From NCBI GenBank assembly GCA_964016885.1, contig OZ024743.1, positions 276,086,001 through 276,150,000 on the forward strand: a stretch of 64,000 nucleotides of DNA. Direction: 5' to 3'. A program made the translations under genes and the position numbers. Shown piece by piece: positions 1 through 13,124 of this stretch. Source of the stretch: Eledone cirrhosa. Lineage: Eukaryota. Below the pieces are notes generated by a model. That model was not told the DNA's origin. It did no database searches and saw only the letters and a program-made list of their open reading frames with translations. Within the stretch, counting starts at the first letter, position 1, and each line of letters begins with the position of its first letter.

Positions 1-3000
1 TCTGCCCCACCCTGACAGACACACCAGACCAGTGGTCACTAACTAAAGTCTGCCCCACCCTGACAGACACATCAGACCAGTGGTCACTAACTAAAGTCTG
101 CCCCACCCTGACAGACACATCAGACCAGTGGTCACTAACTAAAGTCTGCCCCACTCTGACAGACTCATCAGACCAGTGGTCACTATCTAAAGTCTGCCCC
201 ACCCTGACAGACACACCAGACCAGTGGTCACTAACTAAAGTCTGCCCCACCCTGACAGACTCATCAGGCCAGTGGTCACTTAACTAAAGTCTGCCCCACC
301 CTGACAGACACATCAGACCAGTGGTCACTAACTAAAGTCTGCCCCACCCTGACAGACACATCAGACCAGTGGTCACTAACTAAAGTCTGCCCCACCCTGA
401 CAGACACACCAGACCAGTGGTCACTAACTAAAGTCTGCCCCACCCTGACAGACACATCAGACCAGTGGTCACTAACTAAAGTCTGCCCCACCCTGACAGA
501 CACATCAGACCAGTGGTCACTAACTAAAGTCTGCCCCACTCTGACAGACTCATCAGACCAGTGGTCACTATCTAAAGTCTGCCCCACCCTGACAGACACA
601 CCAGACCAGTGGTCACTAACTAAAGTCTGCCCCACCCTGACAGACTCATCAGGCCAGTGGTCACTAACTAAAGTCTGCCCCACCCTGACAGACACATCAG
701 ACCAGTGGTCACTAACTAAAGTCTGCCCCACCCTGACAGACACATCAGACCAGTGGTCACTAACTAAAGTCTGCCCCACTCTGACAGACTCATCAGACCA
801 GTGGTCACTATCTAAAGTCTGCCCCACCCTGACAGACACACCAGACCAGTGGTCACTAACTAAAGTCTGCCCCACCCTGACAGACTCATCAGGCCAGTGG
901 TCACTAACTAAAGTCTGCCCCACCCTGACAGACACACCAGACCAGTGGTCACTAACTAAAGTCTGCCCCACCCTGACAGACACATCAGACCAGTGGTCAC
1001 TAACTAAAGTCTGCCCCACCCTGACAGACACATCAGACCAGTGGTCACTAACTAAAGTCTGCCCCACTCTGACAGACTCATCAGACCAGTGGTCACTATC
1101 TAAAGTCTGCCCCACCCTGACAGACACACCAGACCAGTGGTCACTAACTAAAGTCTGGCCCACCCTGACAGACACACCAGGCCAGTGGTCACTAACTAAA
1201 GTCTGCCCCACCCTGACAGACACACCAGACCAGTGGTCACTAACTAAAGTCTGCCCCACCCTGACAGACACATCAGACCAGTGGTCACTAACTAAAGTCT
1301 GCCCCACCCTGACAGACTCATCAGGCCAGTGGTCACTAACTAAAGTCTGCCCCACCCTGACAGACACACCAGACCAGTGGTCACTAACTAAAGTCTGCCC
1401 CACCCTGACAGACACATCAGACCAGTGGTCACTAACTAAAGTCTGCCCCACCCTGACAGACATCAGACCAGTGGTCACTAACTAAAGTCTGCCCCACCCT
1501 GACAGACACATCAGACCAGTGGTCACTAACTAAAGTCTGCCCCACTCTGACAGACTCATCAGACCAGTGGTCACTAACTAAAGTCTGCCCCACCCTGACA
1601 GACACACCAGACCAGTGGTCACTAACTAAAGTCTGCCCCACCCTGACAGACACACCAGGCCAGTGGTCACTAACTAAAGTCTGCCCCACCCTGACAGACA
1701 CACCAGACCAGTGGTCACTAACTAAAGTCTGCCCCACCCTGACAGACACATCAGACCAGTGGTCACTAACTAAAGTCTGCCCCACCCTGACAGACTCATC
1801 AGGCCAGTGGTCACTAACTAAAGTCTGCCCCACCCTGACAGACACACCAGACCAGTGGTCACTAACTAAAGTCTGCCCCACCCTGACAGACACATCAGAC
1901 CAGTGGTCACTAACTAAAGTCTGCCCCACCCTGACAGACACATCAGACCAGTGGTCACTAACTAAAGTCTGCCCCACTCTGACAGACTCATCAGACCAGT
2001 GGTCACTATCTAAAGTCTGCCCCACCCTGACAGACACACCAGACCAGTGGTCACTAACTAAAGTCTGCCCCACCCTGACAGACACACCAGGCCAGTGGTC
2101 ACTAACTAAAGTCTGCCCCACCCTGACAGACACACCAGACCAGTGGTCACTAACTAAAGTCTGCCCCACCCTGACAGACACATCAGACCAGTGGTCACTA
2201 ACTAAAGTCTGCCCCACCCTGACAGACTCATCAGGCCAGTGGTCACTAACTAAAGTCTGCCCCACCCTGACAGACACACCAGACCAGTGGTCACTAACTA
2301 AAGTCTGCCCCACCCTGACAGACACATCAGACCAGTGGTCACTAACTAAAGTCTGCCCCACCCTGACAGACACATCAGACCAGTGGTCACTAACTAAAGT
2401 CTGCCCCACCCTGACAGACACATCAGACCAGTGGTCACTAACTAAAGTCTGCCCCACTCTGACAGACTCATCAGACCAGTGGTCACTAACTAAAGTCTGC
2501 CCCACCCTGACAGACACACCAGACCAGTGGTCACTAACTAAAGTCTGCCCCACCCTGACAGACACACCAGGCCAGTGGTCACTAACTAAAGTCTGCCCCA
2601 CCCTGACAGACACACCAGACCAGTGGTCACTAACTAAAGTCTGCCCCACCCTGACAGACACATCAGACCAGTGGTCACTAACTAAAGTCTGCCCCACCCT
2701 GACAGACTCATCAGGCCAGTGGTCACTAACTAAAGTCTGCCCCACCCTGACAGACACACCAGACCAGTGGTCACTAACTAAAGTCTGCCCCACCCTGACA
2801 GACACATCAGACCAGTGGTCACTAACTAAAGTCTGCCCCACCCTGACAGACACATCAGACCAGTGGTCACTAACTAAAGTCTGCCCCACTCTGACAGACT
2901 CATCAGACCAGTGGTCACTATCTAAAGTCTGCCCCACCCTGACAGACACACCAGACCAGTGGTCACTAACTAAAGTCTGCCCCACCCTGACAGACACACC

Positions 3001-3108
3001 AGGCCAGTGGTCACTAACTAAAGTCTGCCCCACCCTGACAGACACACCAGACCAGTGGTCACTAACTAAAGTCTGCCCCACCCTGACAGACTCATCAGGC
3101 CAGTGGTT
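1..3108. repeat. 48-bp tandem repeat array (~65 units, runs off the left edge)
   Basis: Unit CTAAAGTCTGCCCCACCCTGACAGACACATCAGACCAGTGGTCACTAA with a few recurrent substitutions. A 1-bp insertion lies near 280 and a 2-bp deletion near 1461. Confidence 0.98.
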
Positions 3109-3231
3109 ATCTGCAGTTTCCTTTTTCATTGACATTAAATGACTGATTAGGATTATAAGATCCTCCCTTCTGCCTGAACAAGATGCCAGTTCATCACAGG
3201 GTTTTGTTTGATGTCCTATCAATTCTACCAC
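1432..3231 (-). CDS. Possible tandem-repeat protein exon (16-aa unit SDHWSDVSVRVGQTLV); coding status unproven
   Basis: A unique leader (..LMSMKKETADNHWPDES, ATGs at 3135 and 3129) runs in frame into the array. The frame is broken only by the indels near 1461 and 280. No homology recognised. Confidence 0.3.
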   Translation of the reverse strand: MVELIGHQTKPCDELASCSGRREDLIILISHLMSMKKETADNHWPDESVRVGQTLVSDHWSGVSVRVGQTLVSDHWPGVSVRVGQTLVSDHWSGVSVRVGQTLDSDHWSDESVRVGQTLVSDHWSDVSVRVGQTLVSDHWSDVSVRVGQTLVSDHWSGVSVRVGQTLVSDHWPDESVRVGQTLVSDHWSDVSVRVGQTLVSDHWSGVSVRVGQTLVSDHWPGVSVRVGQTLVSDHWSGVSVRVGQTLVSDHWSDESVRVGQTLVSDHWSDVSVRVGQTLVSDHWSDVSVRVGQTLVSDHWSDVSVRVGQTLVSDHWSGVSVRVGQTLVSDHWPDESVRVGQTLVSDHWSDVSVRVGQTLVSDHWSGVSVRVGQTLVSDHWPGVSVRVGQTLVSDHWSGVSVRVGQTLDSDHWSDESVRVGQTLVSDHWSDVSVRVGQTLVSDHWSDVSVRVGQTLVSDHWSGVSVRVGQTLVSDHWPDESVRVGQTLVSDHWSDVSVRVGQTLVSDHWSGVSVRVGQTLVSDHWPGVSVRVGQTLVSDHWSGVSVRVGQTLVSDHWSDESVRVGQTLVSDHWSDVSVRVGQTLVSDHWSDVCQGGADFS

Positions 3232-4221
3232 TGTAATATTATGTGTTGTTGTTACAGCTCAGACCTATGTAGGTTTAGCAGGCCACCAAGGGGCGTTGTT
3301 CATAGGGCGTGTTCTCATAGGAGGTGACTTAGGTGTTTTTAATGATGGGGGAGGGGGGGAAGTCCTATCATTTGTTATAGTGGAGGTAGGTAAATATAGT
3401 GTAGTAGAGGTAAGTATATGTGTAGTCTAGTTGGTGGATGTTGTACTGGGGGTAGGTAACATAGTTTAGTTAGTGGTGGATGTGTAGTGTAGTGTTGGAT
3501 GTTGTAGTAGAGGTAGATAAATGTAGTGTCGAGGTGGATGTTGTAGTAGAGGGAGATATATGTAGTGTAGTGGATAAAGTAAAGAGGTAGGTAAATTGTG
3601 AAATTTAAGACTATTGCAAACTTTTCAAATGATTTGATACATAGAAAAAAACAAAAACAAAAAGAAAGTGAAGAAAAGAGGGGAAAAAAGGTCACACACA
3701 CCCATCCCTACACTGAAGCATAAATCCCTCAAAGTGTGTGTAAGACAGAGAGCATATGAACATACCTTACACATACACATGTGCATATACACCTGTAATA
3801 TGCACACACCTTTACATGCATGTGTATATATACACACAGTCTCAGTCTCTGCTGTCTTAATGCCAATTTCTCCTATTTACAAACTGTCCAGTGGTGAAAG
3901 AGGCAGCACAGGTAGAAGAGAGAGGAGGATGAGAAGGTGGAGGGTGGGGATAAATAAATAACTAAATAAAATGGTCTATATACACTATGGTTATAACAAA
4001 CAGCCAGTCTATAATGGTGGTGGGGTGTTACTGAAAGAAATGATTGAATCAGACCTTCACCTAGCACTCAAAACACCTGTTGTTCTGCACTCACTAAACT
4101 ACTTTCTCATTCCCCCTCCCCCTCCCCCTCTCTCTCATTGTTGAAATGCACAGAAAAAAATGGAAGAAAAGGGGGCAGACTAACTCTATGGCAAAGCTCA
4201 CATACATAGACACACACACAC

Positions 4222-4357
<136 letters not shown>

Positions 4358-4688
4358 AGCTCTCCAGTTATATGTATACAGGTGATCCTTAACTTTCCAG
4401 TTTGCGTGTACCTGTGTGTGTGTGTATGCACCCATATGTGTGTGATATGTCTTAATACAGGAGTGCCAGCAACTCTCTTGGTTATGGTATGCTGCCAATA
4501 GCTAATCCATCAGGTGGACCAGGAAGTAGCATGAATGTGTGAAGTATTCCATGTCGGTACACCAATGATTTTCAGATAAACTTCATAAAAAGTAGTTGAT
4601 TGTGTTAGGAAAACGTCAAATCTAATTTACTAATAATATTCAATAAAGGGTTAAAGGAAAGAATATTCAATACAATTCTTACCTTTAA

Positions 4689-4886
4689 CTCTTTATTGTT
4701 TAAATCGGTCATATCCGGCCAGAATTCGCTCACCTCTTTCTGTTCAAACTGGCTACTTATACTAATGTTAAGAAATTCTTCTCAAAGTAAATGATATCAA
4801 AATCTCATAGATTTCATATTATGTGAGGTAAAGCCTTTACCGTGAAAATATAATACTAAATATAGAGTAATGCAAATGCTAAAGAG
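4689..4886. mobile_element. Non-autonomous TTAA (piggyBac-type) MITE, family A
   Basis: TTAA flanks at 4685-4688 and 4887-4890, CTCTTTA..TAAAGAG termini, homologous to the 12724-13124 element. Confidence 0.75.
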
Positions 4887-5397
4887 TTAACCCACTCATC
4901 ATATTTCTAATGAAATACATTGCTGACACCATATTTTTCATGAAATACACTGTCAATATATCTCAATAGCGAGGAAATCATAACCTTCAAGATAAATCGA
5001 CATCATTTCTAATGACTGCACATTGGAAGAGAAGGTTCTAAATAGCCCCAGATAAGCTTCTGTATAGTTTAGAAGGCTCAGAAAAGAGTCTTCCTGAGCC
5101 ATCTAGACAATCATTTCAACCTCCATATCAAGGTTCTTGTCTACCATACAGTCTATATCTCTGTGGCTCCACATCCAGCACACACATTAAATATTAATGT
5201 CCTGTACCACATGAAACTGCAATAGCAAAACATAATCCAAATTTTCACAATTATCTGTCCACTAGTAAAGATATAAATATTTGAATAAACAAAACAAATT
5301 TTCTGCTAAATCGTTGTAGGATGTTAAGAGTTAAAACCACGGAGTTTTTTTTAACCTCAAATGCCTCCTGAAGATCATTATAGATACACGGTGAGAT

Positions 5398-5429
<32 letters not shown>

Positions 5430-6039
5430 CTATATACACATTTATTCGTACACACGTGTGAAAGCATGTATAAACGCACATATGCATAGAAACACACAAA
5501 CATATATACAGGCATACACACAGAGATTGAGAGAGAGTTTCTGACATGAAGAAGGATTACTTTCTACAGCTGGCTGTGTTAGCTAATTCGTCACATACAC
5601 TACAACAAGCAAGAAGGAAGAGAGACAACGACACTAGCTAGCAGTGTTCTACCAATGAACTATAGATTTAAACCTAACCTTATGTAAACGGCTACAGGCC
5701 AACTGACTGGTATGTACAGCTTTTGTAAACCCCTACACACAAATGCCACCACCACCACCACCACACCTGTTCACACTACCACTTTTCCCCACACTATTGC
5801 CAGTGTTTGTCTGAATATTGTTTCCAGTAAAACCATTTAAATAAACCATCTAATAATTTATACTATATACCCACTCTTCCTCACCGCCACCAAAACTTCA
5901 CTCTCCTCCTCCTTCCAGGAACAGCTTCCTAATCCTTTAGTATCATTATCGATCATCTGCTATGGAGACGGATTCTTCTAATCTGAAGACCAATTAACAA
6001 CTGCTCCCTATATCAAGGAAACTGTGTGTATGTTTGTGT

Positions 6040-6061
6040 CAGTATACATGTATACATACAT

Positions 6062-6124
<63 letters not shown>

Positions 6125-6267
6125 TATATATACATACATACATACACATACACGTATATATATATACATACACACATACATACATATATATATATACATA
6201 CACGTATATATATATACATACACACATACATACATATATATATACATACATACACGTATATATTTAT

Positions 6268-6316
<49 letters not shown>

Positions 6317-6439
6317 CATACACACACACATATATATATATACATACACACATATATACATACACATATATATATACACATATATACATATACACATACA
6401 CACATACACGTATATATATATATACACACACACATCCAG

Positions 6440-6474
<35 letters not shown>

Positions 6475-6550
6475 CACACACACACATACATACATACACG
6501 TATATATATATACATACACACACATACATACATTATATATACATACACAC

Positions 6551-6583
<33 letters not shown>

Positions 6584-6621
6584 TATATACATACACATAT
6601 ACACACATATATACATACACG

Positions 6622-6655
<34 letters not shown>

Positions 6656-6760
6656 TCCAGACACATATAGACACACACACACACATATATATACACACAC
6701 ATCACACACATATATACAGATATGCGCAGGCACACACATATACGCATACAGACATGTACA
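6040..6760. repeat. Compound (TA)n/(CA)n/(TACA)n microsatellite
   Basis: Alternating purine-pyrimidine low-complexity tract; source of the spurious YI/HT/VC ORFs. Confidence 0.95.
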
Positions 6761-7145
6761 CATATGTTTCTGTCTCCTCAATATAAAACAAATGGTGTCT
6801 ATGCATGTATAAATAGACACAATCGCTTTTTCAATGTGTGAATGCGTTTGAGCATAAGTACAAAATAAATCTGTGTATATGTATGAACCACCATTGGACT
6901 GTCTACATGCAATGAAAGTCTCTTAGGCAATGCTGCAGCTCTTATTGCAATAAAAAGCTGTTAAATACATGTATGCTAGATCTGATAGCCGTATAAAAAC
7001 ACCAAACATATCACTCATTATTTCCCAAGAATCAACTTGGCCACTCTGCTTGCTCTGTGTCCTCTTCCATTGGTTCAGGCAGCCATCAATAAGTACTAGC
7101 AAACATCAGGTTTACCAAGTACTTTTCCAGCTGGGTTATTGCTTT

Positions 7146-7261
<116 letters not shown>

Positions 7262-7842
7262 TGAAATAAGAACAAAGATGAAGGGAACCTCAACACACAC
7301 GCACACACATTTCTCTCTCTCATACATATTTACACACACACACAGTTTACAATATTTAGTTAACATCCTGTTATGTTTTTCTTATTAAAAAAAATAAGGC
7401 ATGGACCACTTAAAGGCAGAAACCAACAAATAGAAATAGCATGACTGATATACACACACACGCACACATATGTGTATGGTCAAGAGGCTTTCCTTATAAA
7501 CAAACACTAAACCAAAAATAGCAACAATAACAAATTCTATTTCTTTAAATCTATATTCATATTGGTCAATATCCAGAAAATCACCGAAGAGGTGTTTTTT
7601 TTTTGGGGGGGGGGGGGGCACACTGGCTAGAAGATCTGATTGTTACTCTCAAAATCTCAAAAACTGCAGAGAGTAAAACTTCAATCTCCTTTTGTTTTGT
7701 TGTGCAAACACACACATTTAACCTAATATGGAGGGGAGGGGCCCACATTATATCAGCCACAGGCAAATTGTGACCTATGTGTCTTTCTGAAATGGCACAC
7801 CTATTGTAAAATTACCTCAAGTCTTTTTTATTAAGTAACCTG

Positions 7843-8052
7843 CTTTATCTCTTGTGTGTTGAGCCATGCCTTAGATAATGTAGTCTTATTTACAAAATAA
7901 CCATAGAATAGATGAGCTCACTATCGTTTGTTATCCTCTACAAAAACGAGCCTTATCTCATGTGGCTTGAGCCTGCATTAGATAATGTAACCTTATTTAC
8001 ACAATAACTGTATACTAGATGAGCTCACCGTCGTTCTTTATCCTCTACAAAA
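7843..8052. repeat. Diverged ~105-bp tandem duplication
   Basis: Two copies of TTATCTC..TTAGATAATGTA..TTATTTAC..AGATGAGCTCAC..TATCCTCTACAAAA at ~7843-7946 and ~7951-8052. Confidence 0.85.
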
Positions 8053-8100
8053 ATTCTATTCAAGATAGGATTTCCTTCATGTTTCTTCCTTAACATTGGA

Positions 8101-8276
8101 CACAGCCTAGCTGAATGGATAATAAGTTTACTTCACAAACATGTGGTTCTTAGTATTCCCAGTTTAAGTCCAGCTTCGTGACAACACTGGGAAGTATCTC
8201 TAACCATAATCTCATCCGCTCAACCCAAAACCTTACAAGTGAAATTGGGCAGACAGAAACTGTCTGGAAGCCTGCC
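8101..8276 (+). mobile_element. Decayed tRNA-derived SINE
   Basis: A-box-like CCTAGCTGAATGG head and GAAACTGT..GAAGCC tail, homologous to 12480-12642. Antisense relatives lie near 17080-17222 and 19545-19845. Confidence 0.65.
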
Positions 8277-8929
8277 AGATAAAATGTACTTGTAATTCAA
8301 AGGAGCCTGCTTTTATGCTTATTCTCCTTGAGAATTTCATTAAAGAGTACACACCAACCTACTAACGTTTTAACAATCAGTCTTAACGATTTGGACATTA
8401 GTCCTGCATCAGAAAATAGAGTTAGAAATAGAAAGTAAAGAGCGATGAGAGGAAGAAACAAGGAAAATGAGAAGGAAAAAAAAACACTTGTGTATTCAAT
8501 CAGCCATATGTATATATATATATACATGTATATAATTGTTAGATATTAATTTACATAGGAACCCTTTAAAATGGGTTGTTTTGTTTCATAGAAACTGGCA
8601 ATTCTGAGTAGCTTGCTATCAAAAGGGTTAATTAAAAATAAAAGCAGCAAAACTTCCACAACAAACCCAATAACAATATTCAATGTAGCAAATTGTGTAC
8701 TTTGCAAGAAACACTGTAAAACAGAAAATTAAAAACAAATCCAATTTGTTATACAATGTAATACGAGTTTCTTAATCAGATAAACATATTAATAGCTTAA
8801 CACTAACCAGCAAAAAAGGACCCAACTAATTAACAAAGATGAGAGGAGGGAAGACGGCAGGAGAGAGTTGGAGGAGAGAGCCAATCAAGGAATAACAATA
8901 AGAGATGAGAGGGGGAGAGAAAGATAGTG

Positions 8930-9395
8930 TATGAAAGTGAGGAGTGAGGAGCGAAAGAGACAGAGGAGAGCAAGAATGAGGGGTGAGGAAGGAAAGAGAG
9001 GGGTGAGGAAGGAAAGAGAGGAGTGATGAAGGAAAGAGAGGAGTGATGAAGGAAAGAGAGGAGTGAGGAAGGAAAGAAAGAGGAGTGGGGAAGGAAAGAA
9101 AGAGGGGTGGGGAAGGAAAGAAAGAGGGGTGGGGAAGGAAAGAAAGAGGGGTGGGGAAGGAAAGAGGAGTGATGAAAGAAAGAGGAGTGAGGGAGGAAAG
9201 AGAGGGGTGGGGAGGAAAGAGAGGGGTGGGAGGAAAGAGAGGGGTGAGGGAGGAAATAGAGGGGTGAGGGAGGAAAGAGAGGGGTGAGGGAGGAAAGAGA
9301 GGGGTGAGAAGGGATGGAAATAGAAGGGTGAGAAGGGAAGGAAAGATAGGGGTGAGAAGAGAAAGAAAGAGGGGTGAGGAGAGAAAAAAAGGGGG
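8930..9395. repeat. Purine-rich minisatellite (~19-bp GAGGGGTGAGGAAGGAAAGA-type units)
   Basis: The + strand is almost exclusively G/A, with recurring GGGGTG(A/G)GG motifs. Confidence 0.9.
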
Positions 9396-9835
9396 AATGA
9401 TGGAGTTGATGATTTAGCTTTTATGTATATAAATAAGTCAGAGCTACAATAAAATTCCAATAGAAAATCTGCATCGTATCTCAACCAATAACAATAGTAA
9501 TGCGACCAGACAATATTAAACCCTTGTGTTACTAAATGAAAGACACTTCTTGTCATTCTCAAATCATTTTAAAATAATCAAGAATTTTGAGTAATTTAGT
9601 AATATAAGACTGAAGAGGAGATGAGCACTGCCAAGCATTTCTAAAGCCCACTGAAAGGCTATGGACACTTCCTCAGACCTCCAGAGTGGCACCCTAATGA
9701 CTGATGGCATAAATTATAGTTAACGAGTAAGTACCCCATGTTAGAGAAACATTTTACCCCTGTAACACACTAAAGTTGAGTTGCAACAGAGAGTGCATCT
9801 ACCATTGCATGCAATGCAAAAGACCACCAGATGTA

Positions 9836-9900
9836 ACCATGGTAACCACCAGATGACAGCACAGTAACCACCATGGTAACCACCAGATGACAGCACAGTA
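9836..9900. repeat. Short tandem duplication
   Basis: CCATGGTAACCACCAGATGACAGCACAGTA occurs twice in tandem. Confidence 0.9.
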
Positions 9901-11219
9901 GATTCTACTTATTTGTGGTAAAATAAACAGTTGAATATGCTGAGTCACTTTAACTCACCCTTCTCTGAATAGGTCTCCAATCCACTACAAGGTACACTCA
10001 TTCAGCTGAGAGGACAGGAACAATATGAAATGAAATACCTTGCTTAATTAAAGGCATGTGGCTTGGAGAGTTCAAACCCACAGCCTTACAATTATAAGCC
10101 CAACACTCTAACCACCAGGACACATACTTTCACCAATGCAAGAAAGAAAATTAAGAAAAAATATAAAAACAATTATAATCTTGGTGTATTGTTAATTTTG
10201 ATATATTAAATATTTTTCTAAGGAATGGAGTTAAGTAAATAGAATGCTAAGTGAAGAAAAAAAGAAAGAAAGCAAAATACAAAGAGTGGTGAAGGGGGAG
10301 ACAAAAAACAGAACAAAACTAAAAATACCCTATTTTAATCAGTTAAATTTAATAAATTTCCTGAACTAAGGAAAAATGCAGTAGAAATACACACATCATA
10401 CGATAGTTTAAGAAGAAGAATAAAGAAAGAAAGAAAAGGATAGAAGAAGAAATAGAATATAAAGTTATTAGATTCACTTGACAAAACAAAAGTTAGTGTG
10501 CAAAGTGAAATTCCTCAGAGAAATGAGATGACAGCTGCCTTGGTAATTGTCAACTGAAAGAGAAACTACTCAATAATCAAAATCTGCTAGCAGAATCATG
10601 TTTGGTTCAGTTGGGTTAGGTTTGGGTTCGGTAGTGGATGGAAGAATAACTATAACCAAAAACCAAAGTATTAACCAAAGAAAAAGAAAAAAGGAAAATG
10701 ATAATAATAATGGTAATAATAATGAAGAAGAAAAAAAGCTCATCTCTGCAGAATTATATAGAATTATAATCCTTCACATCACAGTTGTTGTAATTACAAA
10801 GAAGGTGTGAGCAAAAAGAAAAAAAGCCATCAGCACTGATTGGGGAACTCTTACACATACACACCTATTTAACATCACCATCATTACAACTATCATCATC
10901 AATATCATTATCATTTTCTTCTCTCCATTTTTTTCCTTCTTCGTTTGGTCTTAATACTATATTCGACCAAAATTAGGCAGGACTAGCCAGAAGCAACAAA
11001 GAAGAACAGTGATGGTGTTGGTGTTGACGGTGGTGGTAATGGTAACAGCTGTAAAATTAGTATCCAACAAGATACCAATTATGCCCCACCATTAATAGAC
11101 ATCCTGCTCAAATATGCTTTGTTCATTTTCCTGAAACAGGCATTAAGACAGCTAGAGAGGTAGATGGAGAGAGAGAGAGAGAAAAAGGGAGGAACCATCT
11201 TTCTTGTTACAACACACAC

Positions 11220-11270
<51 letters not shown>

Positions 11271-11312
11271 TTCCTTCTCAAATAAAACAAGAAATTTTGC
11301 CACATAATTTCA

Positions 11313-11352
<40 letters not shown>

Positions 11353-12479
11353 TTTGTTCCTTCTCCTGCAATTCAATTATAATTGCTCAAATATCTTGAA
11401 ACATTTTCTTTCAAGTATAATTTAGTGTAGTAACCCAAAAAGAAGAAGAACAACAACAACAACCAGAGGAAGAAATAACAGAGTTTGCTAAAAATTTAGG
11501 ATGATATTTTCAAGAGGGGAGGGAATGACAAAATTTCATGATAATGGCATACTTTATAACAAATAAAAACTATATTTTGAAATAGCTGTCACAAAAGTAG
11601 TAAATTGAGCTACATATGATACATGTGTGTATGTGCATAGATATGTGTGTATAAATACACGCACACATAAGCGCGTAAAGGTATGTGTGTGTGTGTAAAC
11701 AGCAATGTTCTAGTTGTGTATAATATATTGGTGTGAATACATATTTATATCATATACACTGTCATATAAAGCCCCAGAGGAAATATAGAGTCAAATAATT
11801 GTTGACTTTTTTTAAGATTAAAGATAACAGTTACTTTTAAGTTCTATCTATATAAAAGTTCAATGGATTGGCAGTCAGTCAAGTCTTTAAATAAGTAAAA
11901 TTTAGTTATAAGTAACTGGTTAACCTTAATGATATGAGTGTGTTTGTGTGCTTGACACAGGTACAAATATATTGAATAAACAAGCCAATGAAAATGACTG
12001 TCCTGCTAGAAACAGCTGTCAAATTTCTCCATAAGGGTATGGTGTAGCTCCTCAGATAAAACAAAATGTAATGCATATAACATAATTTCAACATTGGCTA
12101 CAAACGGTTATATTTATGAAGGATTGATTAGTTGATTATATCACCCATTGAACTTAGTGGCACTTTATCCTAGCAATTGCAGAAGGAAGAAAAAATAAAC
12201 ACCCGAAATAGTATCTACATGATTCGCTGGCCAGGGTGTATTACTGGTACCTTTTATGAGCTAATAGGAAGACTATATGCTAATTCATTTGACTATCAAG
12301 AAACAACTGCAAGTAAATCTCCCTACTGTCTTGAAAAAGGGAAGAACACATTGGACTATGCAGTCTTAAATACAATATGTCTGAATAAAAATAAGTGTTG
12401 GTCATGGCTGGAAGTCATAGATCACAGTTCTCCATAATAATCTTTAATCATAGCATTTCACTATCTTAATCTTTATGAA

Positions 12480-12642
12480 CACAGCCTAGCTGAATGGTTA
12501 AGACATTTGCTTCGCAAACATGAAGTCCCAAGTTCAAGCCTATTGTGTGACATCTTGGGTCTGCGTTTCTTACCGTAGGTTCTGGTTGACCTAAGCCATG
12601 TGAGGTAAATTGTGTTGATGGAAACTGTGCAGAAGTCCATCA
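12480..12642 (+). mobile_element. tRNA-derived SINE
   Basis: A box (TAGCTGAATGGTTAAG) and B box (AGTTCAAGCC); body homologous to other copies in the window. Confidence 0.7.
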
Positions 12643-12723
12643 GATAGATTATATCTACAATACATACCTCCAACCTTGTCACATACATACTGGTCCACTT
12701 GATCTACCTGCGGATTACATTAA

Positions 12724-13124
12724 CCCTTTAGCATTTAAACCGGTTGTATCTGGTCAGAATTTTCTAACGTCTTTCTGTTCAAACTGGCCACTTGTACAGA
12801 TGTTAACCCATTAGCATTTACATTACTCTATATTTACTATTGTATTTTCATAGTAAACACTTTATTTCACATAATATTGAATCTATAAGATTTTAATATT
12901 ATTTATTTTGAGAACAATACCTTAACATCAGTATGAGTGGCCAGTTACAACCGGTTCAAACAGAGGGAGACGAGATAATTCTAGCCAGATATGGCCAGTT
13001 TAAATGCTAAAGGGTTAAGGTATAGTTCTCAAAATAAATAATATCCAAATCTTATATTATGTGAGGTAAAGCCTTTACTGTGAAAATATAATAAAAAATA
13101 TAGAGTAATGTAAATGCTAAAGGA
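12724..13124. mobile_element. TTAA MITE (family A) containing an inverted second copy (12807-13014), itself inserted into a SINE
   Basis: Outer TTAA at 12720-12723 and 13125-13128, inner TTAA at 12803-12806 and 13015-13018, TIR CCCTTTAGCATTTA. Removing the inner copy restores the 4689-4886 sequence. Removing both restores the SINE sequence seen near 23245-23345. Confidence 0.8.

Noticed and set aside
1-3108. CRISPR array
   Set aside because: No unique spacers: whole 48-bp units repeat. Eukaryotic context and no cas genes.
1-3108. Hammerhead ribozyme satellite (minus strand CTGATGA-GTCTG..CAGAC)
   Set aside because: The helix is followed by TTTAG, not GAAA, and there is no helix III or NUH site.
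3267-3420. Pro-rich minus-strand peptide (..DRTSPPPPSLKTPKSPPMRTRPMNNAPWWPAKPT*) as a terminal exon
   Set aside because: Upstream in-frame stops, no convincing acceptor and no recognised homology.
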